In this document: in pieces, positions 36,133 through 44,604 of the stretch
Layout of the letters: each line of letters begins with the position of its first letter
Numbering within the stretch: position 1 is the first letter of the stretch
Assembly (NCBI GenBank): GCA_034721855.1
Contig: JAYENB010000007.1
Span: 38,688 to 90,671, forward strand
Direction: 5' to 3'
Source: Bacteroidota bacterium
Lineage (GTDB): Bacteria > Bacteroidota > Bacteroidia > Bacteroidales > ML635J-15
DNA: 51,984 nt
Position numbers and translations under genes: made by a program
Notes under the pieces: model-generated
The model's input: only the letters and a program-made list of their open reading frames with translations
Databases searched by the model: none
Told to the model about the DNA's origin: nothing

Positions 36133-37152
36133 TCATTGTTTCTTTTCCCACTTCCAGGCAGACCTGATTGTTTCATCAAGGCTGGTATGTGCTTTCCATC
36201 CCAATACATTATTGGCTTTAGCAGTGTCAGCATACACTACAGGTACATCCCCCGGACGCCTTTCAGCAAAGGCATAATTCAATCTGCTTTCTGAAACACG
36301 CTCAAAACTTTTGACCATATCAAGTACAGACACCCCTTTGCCAGTTCCGAGGTTAAAATATTCATAGTTGTTTTCCTGTTTTTGGTTCAGCATACGTTCA
36401 ACAGCTATAACATGGGCACGTGCCAGGTCAACCACATTTATGTAATCGCGGATACAGGTACCATCATGCGTGTTGTAGTCGGTTCCGAAAATTTTTAAAG
36501 TTTTGCGGATGCCAAGGGCTGTTTGTGTGATGAAAGGCATAAGGTTATTGGGAATGCCTTGTGGTTGTTCCCCGATATAAGCGGACGGATGAGCTCCTAT
36601 GGGATTGAAGTACCGTAGGCTGATGCATGCATAGCTATTATCAGCACGGCAGATGTCCATCAGTATTTCTTCAGCAATGCGTTTTGTGTTGCCATAAGGT
36701 GAAAGCGCAGGTTTGAAAGGTGCAGATTCATCAACAGGCAAATGCTCCGGATTTCCATACACAGTACAGGATGAACTGAACACAACTTGTTTGTTTTGTA
36801 CCAATGGCAATAAATCCAGCAGGTTCATCAATGAGCCGATGTTGTTTTGATAATAGGCGAGGGGCTTTTCATGAGATTCACCAACGGCTTTATATGCCGC
36901 AAAATGAATCAAAGCTTCTATGTCAGGATGTTCCTGTAAACATGATTTTACAGCATCTGTATCCTGTAAATCGAGTTCATAAAACAGAGGTTTCGTGCCA
37001 GTGATTTTTTGAATCCCTTCCAGAACAGAGATATCACTGTTTGATAAATTATCAATAATGACAACCTCATAACCGTTTTCCATCAATTCCACGGTAGTGT
37101 GGGAACCGATGTATCCCAAACCTCCTGTTACCAGAATTTTTGTTTTTTTCAT
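36133..37152 (-). CDS. galE: UDP-glucose 4-epimerase
   Basis: 339 aa with GGLGYIGSH, SSSCTVYG and SPYGNTKRIAE. Confidence 0.92.
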   Translation of the reverse strand: MKKTKILVTGGLGYIGSHTTVELMENGYEVVIIDNLSNSDISVLEGIQKITGTKPLFYELDLQDTDAVKSCLQEHPDIEALIHFAAYKAVGESHEKPLAYYQNNIGSLMNLLDLLPLVQNKQVVFSSSCTVYGNPEHLPVDESAPFKPALSPYGNTKRIAEEILMDICRADNSYACISLRYFNPIGAHPSAYIGEQPQGIPNNLMPFITQTALGIRKTLKIFGTDYNTHDGTCIRDYINVVDLARAHVIAVERMLNQKQENNYEYFNLGTGKGVSVLDMVKSFERVSESRLNYAFAERRPGDVPVVYADTAKANNVLGWKAHTSLDETIRSAWKWEKKQ

Positions 37153-37155
37153 GCT

Positions 37156-37773
37156 TTATTTCTTAAGGTTCATGCCTTCAAGATACTGATTAACAATTTT
37201 TTGAATGTATTTGCCAATGATGTCAAACTCAAGGTTTACCATGCTGCCTGGTTTATAATTGTGAAAATTTGTGACCTCGTAAGTGTATGGAATGATGGCA
37301 ACAGAAAACTGGTCATCACGGGAATTTACAACGGTCAGGGACACCCCGTCAACCGATACAGACCCTTTTTCAACGGTAATGTTACCCTTGGTCCTGTCAT
37401 ATTTGAAGGTAAAATACCAGCTTCCTTCCGCTTCTTTGACATCAACACATTCTGCTGTCTGGTCAACGTGGCCTTGCACCAGGTGTCCGTCCAGTAGTTT
37501 GTTTACTGACATGCTGCGCTCAAGATTGACTTCATCGCCGGTTTCAAGCAATCCAAGATTGGATTTTTGCAGTGTTTCATCAACAGCGGTAATGATGTAT
37601 TCGTTTTTGTCTTTATTGACATCAACCACGGTAAGACATACCCCGTTGTGTGACACGGACTGGTCAATTTTTAGTTCATCTGCAAAAGAGCATGTCATGG
37701 TAATGTGCAGGTTTCCCTTTTCTTTTTCAAGTTTTACAACTTTGGCGGTTTCTTCAACTATTCCTGAAAACAT
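37156..37773 (-). CDS. ribE: riboflavin synthase (alpha chain)
   Basis: 205 aa with N-terminal MFSGIVEE and a duplicated lumazine-binding repeat (SVSHNGVCLTVV / SVSVDGVSLTVV). Confidence 0.93.
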   Translation of the reverse strand: MFSGIVEETAKVVKLEKEKGNLHITMTCSFADELKIDQSVSHNGVCLTVVDVNKDKNEYIITAVDETLQKSNLGLLETGDEVNLERSMSVNKLLDGHLVQGHVDQTAECVDVKEAEGSWYFTFKYDRTKGNITVEKGSVSVDGVSLTVVNSRDDQFSVAIIPYTYEVTNFHNYKPGSMVNLEFDIIGKYIQKIVNQYLEGMNLKK

Positions 37774-38062
37774 AATGAATCATTTTTATATTAACCTGTA
37801 AAATTAGTTTTTCTTATCCATAGCATCAAATTCTGCAATAAAAATCTAAAATATATTCTGTACCTAACGAAATTATTTGCTTTTTTTTGTTCCATGTTTA
37901 AATGTCCCGGCAAGCAGCAAAAACCGTGTGTCAGAACAAGATTATTATAAAATTGCCCCCAAAGGGATGTTTGTTTTCCTGTTTATTCAGGGTTGACACA
38001 AGAGCATTGAGTCAGGCTTTCATTTGTTTAAATAAACACATGTAATTTTCATTTACAATGGT

Positions 38063-38070
38063 TACCTTTG
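38063..38070 (+). promoter_or_regulatory. -7 box TACCTTTG
   Basis: 52 nt upstream of the ATG at 38123. Confidence 0.35.
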
Positions 38071-38122
38071 ATTTGATAAACAAAATGCATAATCAATTGT
38101 AATAATTATAAATCAAACATCT

Positions 38123-38653
38123 ATGATTATGGATATAAACAAAGTACAGATTGAAGCTGTCAAAGGGAATATTGTTAAACAACCTGATATGCAGGTTGTT
38201 GTTAATGCTGCCAACGCTGAACTCCGGCTTGGTGGTGGTGTTGCCGGAGCTATCCACAGGGCTGCCGGAACAGGGATGGAATCCGAATGCCGGAAATACG
38301 CCCCCATTAATCCCGGGGAAGCTGTCATCACAGGAGCACATGAATTGCCTAACGATTATGTGATTCATTGCTTGGGCCCGGTGTACGGCGTGGACGAACC
38401 TTCCGACAAACTGCTTGCGGCGTGTTACAAAAATTCCATTAAGCTGGCAGACGATTACAAACTGGAATCCATCGCGTTCCCGGCCATTTCTACCGGCGCT
38501 TTTCGTTTTCCCATTGAGCAGGCTACTGACATTGCCCTGGTAGAAGTGAAAAAACAAATCAAACAAATAAGCCATCTGAAACGAATCAGGTTTGTGCTTT
38601 TCAGCCAAAAAGACCTTGACATTTACCAACGGAAATTGAAGGAAATATTGTGA
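38123..38653 (+). CDS. macro domain protein (O-acetyl-ADP-ribose deacetylase / YmdB-like)
   Basis: 176 aa with VNAANAELRLGGGVAGAI and AFPAISTGAFRFP. Confidence 0.88.
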   Translation: MIMDINKVQIEAVKGNIVKQPDMQVVVNAANAELRLGGGVAGAIHRAAGTGMESECRKYAPINPGEAVITGAHELPNDYVIHCLGPVYGVDEPSDKLLAACYKNSIKLADDYKLESIAFPAISTGAFRFPIEQATDIALVEVKKQIKQISHLKRIRFVLFSQKDLDIYQRKLKEIL

Positions 38654-38856
38654 TGGAGTAACCGAGAGTCGAAACGATAGCACGATGGCACGAAGGCACG
38701 ATAGTACGAAGGCACAATTGCACGATGGAACGATTTGGCGATGGGGCAAACACGAAACACGAAACACGAAACACGGAACACGGAACACGATAGCACGATT
38801 GCACGATGGGGCGATAGGGAGATGGAGAGATTACTGAGATGGATAAATGGAGAGTC
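38654..38856 (+). repeat. CACGA-type short-period repeat array, including 7-bp tandem CACG(A/G)AA x5 at 38751-38785
   Basis: Runs of GCACGATGG / GCACGAAGG / GCACGATAG units start right after the macro gene stop and end in GATGGAGAGAT-type units. Confidence 0.85.
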
Positions 38857-38890
38857 AGAAAAGAAGCAAGAAAAATAGACCAACCATATA

Positions 38891-39052
38891 GTGTCAAGTC
38901 AAGCCTAATCTGATGCCCCAAGTTTTGTTCTTTTTCGTTTTTTCTTCATAAAAAAAAGACTCACGTAGCTAAGGCTATGCTTACTTTTTTTTATTTTGAA
39001 AAAATCAAAAAATCTCTTCAACTTAAACATTATCTTAGACTTGATTTGACAC
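38891..39052. mobile_element. 162-bp MITE-like element with 18-bp terminal inverted repeats
   Basis: GTGTCAAGTCAAGCCTAA (38891-38908) versus the reverse complement of 39035-39052, GTGTCAAATCAAGTCTAA (16/18). The TIR starts GTGTC and the right flank is TAGTT, as in the 22178 MITE. No clear TSD is present. Confidence 0.55.
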
Positions 39053-39085
39053 TAGTTGAATAGAACTAAGCAGATATAAAGACAA

Positions 39086-39631
39086 ATGATAAAAAACAAA
39101 GAAAACACCTTGCTGTCTGAAACAAATAGTTATTTAAGTGGCACCTATACAGACCAGTACCAATTGGCCATGAGCCAGGCATATTTCCTGAACGGCATGC
39201 ATAATGAGGAAGCCGTTTTTGACTATTTTTTCCGAAAACTGCCTTTTGATGGTGGCTATGCTGTGTTTGCCGGCCTTGAAACTCTCCTGGAGGCTCTGGA
39301 AAATCTAACATTTACACCACAAGACATGGAGTTCCTTTCACGTCAGGATTTTGATGACGATTTTCTAAGCGGATTTTTCGATAACGGGCATAAAAAAGAC
39401 ACCGGACTGGCCGGGTATTTGAAATCCCGTGGTGTTGATGAACTGTATGTTTGTGGACTGGCAGCGGATGTATGTGTGTATTTTACCTTGCGTGATGCCG
39501 TGGAAGCCGGGTTTAACGTTACGCTTATTCTTGATGGCACCAAAGCGCTGGATAACGACAATTTTCTGAAACAACAGGCAGAATTAAAGGAAAAAGGGGT
39601 GAAATTTAAAAACTCAACGTACCTTTTCTGA
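39086..39631 (+). pseudogene. in-frame chimera of the nicotinate phosphoribosyltransferase (PncB) N-terminus and the nicotinamidase (PncA) C-terminus
   Basis: Residues ~15-94 (YTDQYQLAMSQAYF...AVFDYFFRKLPFDGGYAVFAGLETLLEALENLTFT...DFL) are NAPRTase N-terminal. Residues ~96-181 (FFDNGHKKDTGLAGYLKSRGVDELYVCGLAADVCVYFTLRDAVEAGFNVTLILDG) are the isochorismatase-fold PncA C-terminus. The junction is near 39368-39376. Confidence 0.75.
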
Positions 39632-39720
39632 TGTTTTGTTTATTCCCGGGTCTGCGGCTTCTATAGCTTCACTTACTGAGTTTACTATGATGCCAGCATT
39701 AAAATAATGAACTCCGATTT

Positions 39721-39788
39721 AACCCTGACCTTCAGGTCGGGGATGAGCAAAACAATAAGATAAAATATGGGCTTTAGTCCTGAATTTT
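39721..39788 (+). repeat. REP-like module (second copy of 6611-6664)
   Basis: The sequence is AACCCTGACCTTCAGGTCGGGGATGAGCAAAACAATAAGATAAAATATGGGCTTTAGTCCTGAATTT. It contains the hairpin CCTGACC-TTCA-GGTCGGG. Confidence 0.6.
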
Positions 39789-39906
39789 TTGTTCACACTG
39801 ATTAGTTTCTGTATGTTTACAACAACAATATTTCTGTTTTTCGCTCAATTAATATCCATGTGTTGGTACAGACCAAATAATTATATTGAATTTACGTTGA
39901 TACTAA

Positions 39907-41073
39907 ATGGCAAAGAACATTTACAATAGGAAAAAACGCTGGAAACTGTTGTTGTTTTTCGTTGCGGTACTCATCGGTGCGGGCTCGCTTTTTTACACCA
40001 ACAACCTGATGGAAAAACTTTCGCAGGAGGAGCGAAAACGGGTTGAACTCTGGGCACAAGCAAACAAGGAAATCCAAAAAGCCAACCCTAACCAGGACAT
40101 TTCGTTTATTTTCCAGGTATTGCTCAGCAACAAAACCATCCCGGTGATGCTTGTGGATGAAAATGATAGCATCATTTCTTACCGTAATCTGGATTCTGCA
40201 AAGATGGCCGTTCCCCGTATCAGGAAAAACACCCTGGAAGAAATGAAGCGCAAGCAGGAACCTATTGTCATAGAACTGTTAAACGGCAATAAAAATTTCA
40301 TCTATTACAAAGATTCTACGCTGTTGACACAGTTGTATTATTATCCTTTTGTGCAACTTACCATCATTACCTTGTTTATCATTGTTTCCTATTTTGCATT
40401 CAGCGTATCCAGGAAATCGGAACAAAACCATGTGTGGCTGGGCATGTCACGGGAAACAGCACATCAACTTGGCACACCCATCAGTTCGTTAATGGGCTGG
40501 GTAGAAGTGTTGAAGCTGGAAAATCCGGATAATCCCACCTTAAAAGAAGTGGAAAAAGATGTAAAACGCCTGGAAAAAGTAGCCGAACGGTTTTCAAAAA
40601 TTGGATCACAACCCTCATTGGCACCTGTCAATCTTAAAGATTCCCTTGAAGAATCGGTTGCATACCTTCAAAGTCGGTCGTCAAAAAAGATAAGTTTTAG
40701 CATCAGCTTTGCTACTGATCCTGATCTGGTGGTTAAAATCAATGAAAATCTGTTTGAATGGGTGATTGAAAACCTGTGCAAAAATGCCATTGACGCTATG
40801 GGTGGAGAAGGTAATCTTGAAATCAATGTGTCTGCTTCCGATAATCAGGTATATATTGATGTTTCCGACCAGGGGAAAAGCATACCGAAATCCAGGCAAA
40901 AAACCATTTTTAACCCCGGATACACAACAAAAGACCGGGGATGGGGGCTTGGCTTGTCTTTGTCAAAACGGATTATTGAAAGTTATCATAAAGGAAAAAT
41001 CTTTGTTAAACATTCAGATCCCAAAAGCGGGACTATCATACGAATCATTTTAAAAAAAAGCAATAAGCACTGA
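39907..41073 (+). CDS. sensor histidine kinase
   Basis: 388 aa with two TM segments. H-box SRETAHQLGTPISSL, N-box ENLCKNAIDA, G-boxes DQGKSI and GWGLGLS. Confidence 0.9.
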   Translation: MAKNIYNRKKRWKLLLFFVAVLIGAGSLFYTNNLMEKLSQEERKRVELWAQANKEIQKANPNQDISFIFQVLLSNKTIPVMLVDENDSIISYRNLDSAKMAVPRIRKNTLEEMKRKQEPIVIELLNGNKNFIYYKDSTLLTQLYYYPFVQLTIITLFIIVSYFAFSVSRKSEQNHVWLGMSRETAHQLGTPISSLMGWVEVLKLENPDNPTLKEVEKDVKRLEKVAERFSKIGSQPSLAPVNLKDSLEESVAYLQSRSSKKISFSISFATDPDLVVKINENLFEWVIENLCKNAIDAMGGEGNLEINVSASDNQVYIDVSDQGKSIPKSRQKTIFNPGYTTKDRGWGLGLSLSKRIIESYHKGKIFVKHSDPKSGTIIRIILKKSNKH

Positions 41074-41194
41074 TTTTATGGTTTCTGAGTAACTTACATC
41101 ATACAATTTGAAATTTATATTTCCCTGCATTTTCTTACCACAGAAACAATTGTTAACTATTGATGGTATGAATTTTATAATTTTGCCAATACAT

Positions 41195-41210
41195 TTTCAC
41201 ATATGTGAAA
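41195..41210. promoter_or_regulatory. 16-bp perfect palindrome TTTCACATATGTGAAA in the promoter spacer of the yceD-rpmF-plsX-fabH operon
   Basis: Read directly. It ends 9 nt upstream of the -7 box at 41220. Confidence 0.5.
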
Positions 41211-41219
41211 TGATTTTAT

Positions 41220-41227
41220 TATGTTTG
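41220..41227 (+). promoter_or_regulatory. -7 box TATGTTTG
   Basis: 19 nt upstream of the ATG at 41247. Confidence 0.45.
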
Positions 41228-41246
41228 CAGTCAATTTTTTACTGGT

Positions 41247-41831
41247 ATGAGTAAACAGGATCAGACATATCAAATACCTTTCGCATCCCTTGAAAATGGG
41301 GAACATTCATTCCATTTTCAGGTAGGAAAAGGCTTGTTTGACAGGTTTGAAAACGACGAATTGCACAAGCCTGATCTGAATGTTGATGTTGTGCTTGACA
41401 AACAAATAAACCAGCTAAAATTCAGCATGCATGCCAAAGGGCAGGCAGAATTACAATGTGATCGTTGTCTGGATTATTTTACGCATCGTTTTGATTTGAA
41501 CCAGAATATTCTGGTGCGTCTAACAGAAGAAACAAATTTTAATCTCAATACAGATTATGTCACCCTTGACAAGGAAAGCCAATCCATTGATATGGCTTAT
41601 TTTATTTATGAAATGATCGTATTGAGTTTGCCTCTCAAACGAGTGCATCCGGTGGATGAAAACGGGAATTCAACATGCAATCCCGAAGTCACGAAATACA
41701 TTGACGGTGAATCTGAACCATCACCATCCCATGAATCCGGGGATGAAACAGAAACAACCGGCAATGAAGCATGGAAAGAAGAGTTAATCGAATTATTAAA
41801 TAAAAACAAAAGTAAAAATGGCACATCCTAA
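41247..41831 (+). CDS. yceD: YceD/DUF177 family protein
   Basis: 194 aa with a CDRCLD motif and an acidic C-terminus. The position upstream of rpmF is conserved. Confidence 0.85.
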   Translation: MSKQDQTYQIPFASLENGEHSFHFQVGKGLFDRFENDELHKPDLNVDVVLDKQINQLKFSMHAKGQAELQCDRCLDYFTHRFDLNQNILVRLTEETNFNLNTDYVTLDKESQSIDMAYFIYEMIVLSLPLKRVHPVDENGNSTCNPEVTKYIDGESEPSPSHESGDETETTGNEAWKEELIELLNKNKSKNGTS

Positions 41832-42006
41832 ACGAAAACAATCGAAAACCAGAAGGGACAAGCGCAGAACTCATTATAAAGCAAAAGCTCCAACGATGTC
41901 AACTTGCCAAAACTGTGGTGCTACCATCCGGTCACATCATGTTTGTCCTGAATGCGGACATTACCGGGGACAACTGGTAATTGACAAAGAGATAGATGTA
42001 AAGTAG
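41818..42006 (+). CDS. rpmF: 50S ribosomal protein L32
   Basis: MAHPKRKQSKTRRDKRRTH plus a CxxC...CxxC zinc ribbon. The gene overlaps yceD by 14 nt. Confidence 0.95.
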   Translation: MAHPKRKQSKTRRDKRRTHYKAKAPTMSTCQNCGATIRSHHVCPECGHYRGQLVIDKEIDVK

Positions 42007-42014
42007 AAGCCTGA

Positions 42015-42962
42015 ATGAGGATCGGAATTGACATAATGGGTGGTGATTTTGCTCCTGGGGTATGTGTAAAAGGAGCAATGCTTGCCAGCCAACACCTTGA
42101 AACTGATGATCAACTGATTCTGTTTGGTCACGATGAAACTATTCGTGAATTATTGCATAAAGAAGGAGCTGATCCTGACGAATTTTCTATCGTTCATGCT
42201 CCGGAGATTATTCACATGCAGGATTATCCCTCAAGGGCTTTCGTAAAAAAAGCTAAGGCCAGCATGGTGGTGGGGTTTAGATACCTGGCAAAAAATGAAA
42301 TTGATGGTTTTGCCAGTGCAGGCAATACGGGAGCTATGTTTGTCGGCGCCATGCAGAACATCAAACCTATACCAGGCGTTCTAAGGCCGGCCATTGCAGC
42401 ATGCTATCCTACCCTCAACGGAAAAAGCAATCTTATCCTGGATGTGGGGCTTAATCCCGACAGCAAGCCGGATGTCTTATATCAGTACGGCCAACTGGGA
42501 AGCCTGTATTTCCGCCATGTTAACAAGGTTGAAAATCCCAAAGTCGGTTTGCTCAACATAGGACAAGAACCGGGGAAAGGAAACCTCGTAAGCAAATCAG
42601 CTTATGAACTTATGAAATACAGCCCCAATTTTAATTTCATTGGGAACATCGAGGGCAACCAGATATTTGAACATGATACTGTTGATGTGGTTGTTACCGA
42701 TGGTTTCATAGGGAATATCGTACTCAAACAAACGGAAGCATTTTATGAGTTGATCAAAAAACGCGGCATTGATGATGACTATTTTAATCGCCTGAATTTT
42801 GAAAATTATGGCGGTACACCCATTTTGGGTGTTGATGGAAATGTGGTTATCGGCCATGGTATCAGCAATGAAAAAAGTATTGCCAACATGATCCTGAAAA
42901 CAAAACAAATAATAAAAGGAAAATTATCTTCACAAATTAAAGCTTTCTATAATTATGACTGA
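42015..42962 (+). CDS. plsX: phosphate acyltransferase PlsX
   Basis: 315 aa with N-terminal MRIGIDIMGGDFAP. Confidence 0.95.
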   Translation: MRIGIDIMGGDFAPGVCVKGAMLASQHLETDDQLILFGHDETIRELLHKEGADPDEFSIVHAPEIIHMQDYPSRAFVKKAKASMVVGFRYLAKNEIDGFASAGNTGAMFVGAMQNIKPIPGVLRPAIAACYPTLNGKSNLILDVGLNPDSKPDVLYQYGQLGSLYFRHVNKVENPKVGLLNIGQEPGKGNLVSKSAYELMKYSPNFNFIGNIEGNQIFEHDTVDVVVTDGFIGNIVLKQTEAFYELIKKRGIDDDYFNRLNFENYGGTPILGVDGNVVIGHGISNEKSIANMILKTKQIIKGKLSSQIKAFYNYD

Positions 42963-43953
42963 AAAAAAATACAATGCTGTCATTACAGGTGTTGGGGGAT
43001 ATGTGCCTGATTATGTGATGACCAACCACGAGCTGGCTCAGAAAGTAGAAACTTCTGATGAATGGATTAATACCCGCATAGGGATTAAAGAGCGCCATAT
43101 CTTAAAAATAGAAAACGAAGGCACTTCCTATATGGGTGAAAGAGCTGTAAAACAACTGCTCGAAAAAACCAATACCGACCCTTCCGAAATTGACATGCTG
43201 ATCTGTGGTATTGTAACCCCTGACATGCAATTTCCCGCCACGGCAAACATTATTTCTGACAAAACAGGCATCAAAAACGCTTTTGGATTTGATTTGAATG
43301 CAGGATGTTCCAGTTTTTTATACGCTCTGAATGTTGCCTCCAAATATGTTGAATCAGGAACGCATAAAAAAGTGGTGGTGGTTGGTGCCGATAAAATGTC
43401 GTCCATTACAGATTATACCGATCGTGCTACATGTCCTATTTTTGGTGATGGTGCAGGAGCAGTCTTGCTTGAACCTACCGAAGATAAAAATTATGGTCTG
43501 ATTGATACTATCATGCAGGTAGATGGCTCAGGACGCAAACACTTGCACCAGGTAGCCGGCGGATCACAAAAACCAGCCAGTTTTCAAACCGTACTTAACC
43601 GTGAGCATTTTATTTACCAGGAAGGACAACCCGTATTTAAAGCAGCCGTTTCCAAAATGGCTGATGTGTCGGTAGAAATGATGAAAAAACACAACATCGC
43701 TGCCGATGAACTGGATTGGTTTGTGCCTCATCAGGCAAACATGCGGATCATTGAAGCAACAGCAAAACGCATGGGCATCAGCAAAGACATTGTGATGATA
43801 AACATTCACAAATACGGCAACACAACCTCTGCCACCATACCATTATTGTTACTTGAATGGGAAGATAAAGTCAAAAAAGGAGATAAGCTGATCATCGCAA
43901 CCTTCGGTGCTGGTTTTACATGGGGATCTACTTACATGCGATGGGGATATTAG
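42955..43953 (+). CDS. fabH: 3-oxoacyl-ACP synthase III
   Basis: 332 aa with the catalytic triad contexts NAGCSSF, PHQAN and YGNTTSAT. Confidence 0.95.
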   Translation: MTEKKYNAVITGVGGYVPDYVMTNHELAQKVETSDEWINTRIGIKERHILKIENEGTSYMGERAVKQLLEKTNTDPSEIDMLICGIVTPDMQFPATANIISDKTGIKNAFGFDLNAGCSSFLYALNVASKYVESGTHKKVVVVGADKMSSITDYTDRATCPIFGDGAGAVLLEPTEDKNYGLIDTIMQVDGSGRKHLHQVAGGSQKPASFQTVLNREHFIYQEGQPVFKAAVSKMADVSVEMMKKHNIAADELDWFVPHQANMRIIEATAKRMGISKDIVMINIHKYGNTTSATIPLLLLEWEDKVKKGDKLIIATFGAGFTWGSTYMRWGY

Positions 43954-44100
43954 ATGGTGATAGAGAGATGGAGTGATGGAGAGATAGCACGAAGGCACGA
44001 TAGCATGATAGCATGATGGGGCGATAGGGCGAGTTGGCGAACCCGAAAGACGTAATACGTAACTCGAAGAAACGATGGCACGAAAGCACGATGGGGAGAT
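43954..44100 (+). repeat. CACGA-type short-period repeat array directly after the fabH stop
   Basis: It contains GATGGAGAGAT, GCACGAAGGCACGATAGCATGATAGCATGATGGGGCGATAGGG and GCACGAAAGCACGATGG. The block GATGGGGCGATAGGG is shared with 38654-38856. Confidence 0.85.
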
Positions 44101-44295
44101 AAAGAAAACTAAAAGACAAAAATAAAGGGAATAATAAATAAAAAAAGATTTATCAGAACGTTTTTTAGAATTTGCTGTAAGGTGTTGTTACAAAACAACC
44201 TGAACTTTTAAGCAAAATCTATAGTTACTTCAAAATCAAGATAAGGTGTTAGTGTCTTATTTTTTATTTTCTTGCATTTTTTGGCAGAAAATAAA

Positions 44296-44604
44296 ATCCT
44301 AATATCTAAACCCTAAATTCTAAACAATATCAAATGACCAAATTGACCACGTTAAATAAAATCATAGATTTTAATTTTTGGAAGAAAAAAAATTTAACGG
44401 GGAGAACCAAAATTCAAAACAAATTCTAACAGTTTGGGAAGAAAATATTTTGGTAATTGATAGATTTGAAAATTTGAATTTGTTTAGTATTTAAAAATTA
44501 GGATTTCTAGTTTACCCCGTTGGTTATTCAACCTACGAGGTTTATCTGGGTTAGGATTTAGTGTTTAGGAAAAGTTTCCCTCCTAAAACCTAACCCCTAA
44601 ATCC
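44296..44604. repeat. CTAAA-rich imperfect inverted repeats bracketing an AT-rich spacer
   Basis: The left arm is AATCCTAATATCTAAACCCTAAATTCTAAAC (44296-44325). The right arm is GGGTTAGGATTTAGTGTTTAGG (44548-44569) plus CCTCCTAAAACCTAACCCCTAAATCC (44579-44604). TTTAGGA/TCCTAAA can pair just 3' of the floA stop. Confidence 0.5.

Noticed and set aside
37774-38122. Possible FMN riboswitch upstream of ribE
   Set aside because: None of the conserved RFN-element segments that I can recall are present on the minus strand in this spacer.
38093-38921. Minus-strand ORFs 38093..38788 (231 aa), 38601..38921 and 38623..38883
   Set aside because: They are kept open by the CACGA-type repeat array and translate to low-complexity strings (FRVSCFVFRV..., IVPSC...). 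The longest runs antisense through the well-supported macro-domain gene.
43928-44119. Minus-strand ORF of 63 aa after fabH
   Set aside because: It lies entirely within the CACGA repeat array, is low-complexity, and has no start context.
44296-44604. Telomere-like CCCTAAA units
   Set aside because: These are short, imperfect, inverted copies inside a bacterial intergenic region. They are consistent with a dispersed repeat, not a telomere.
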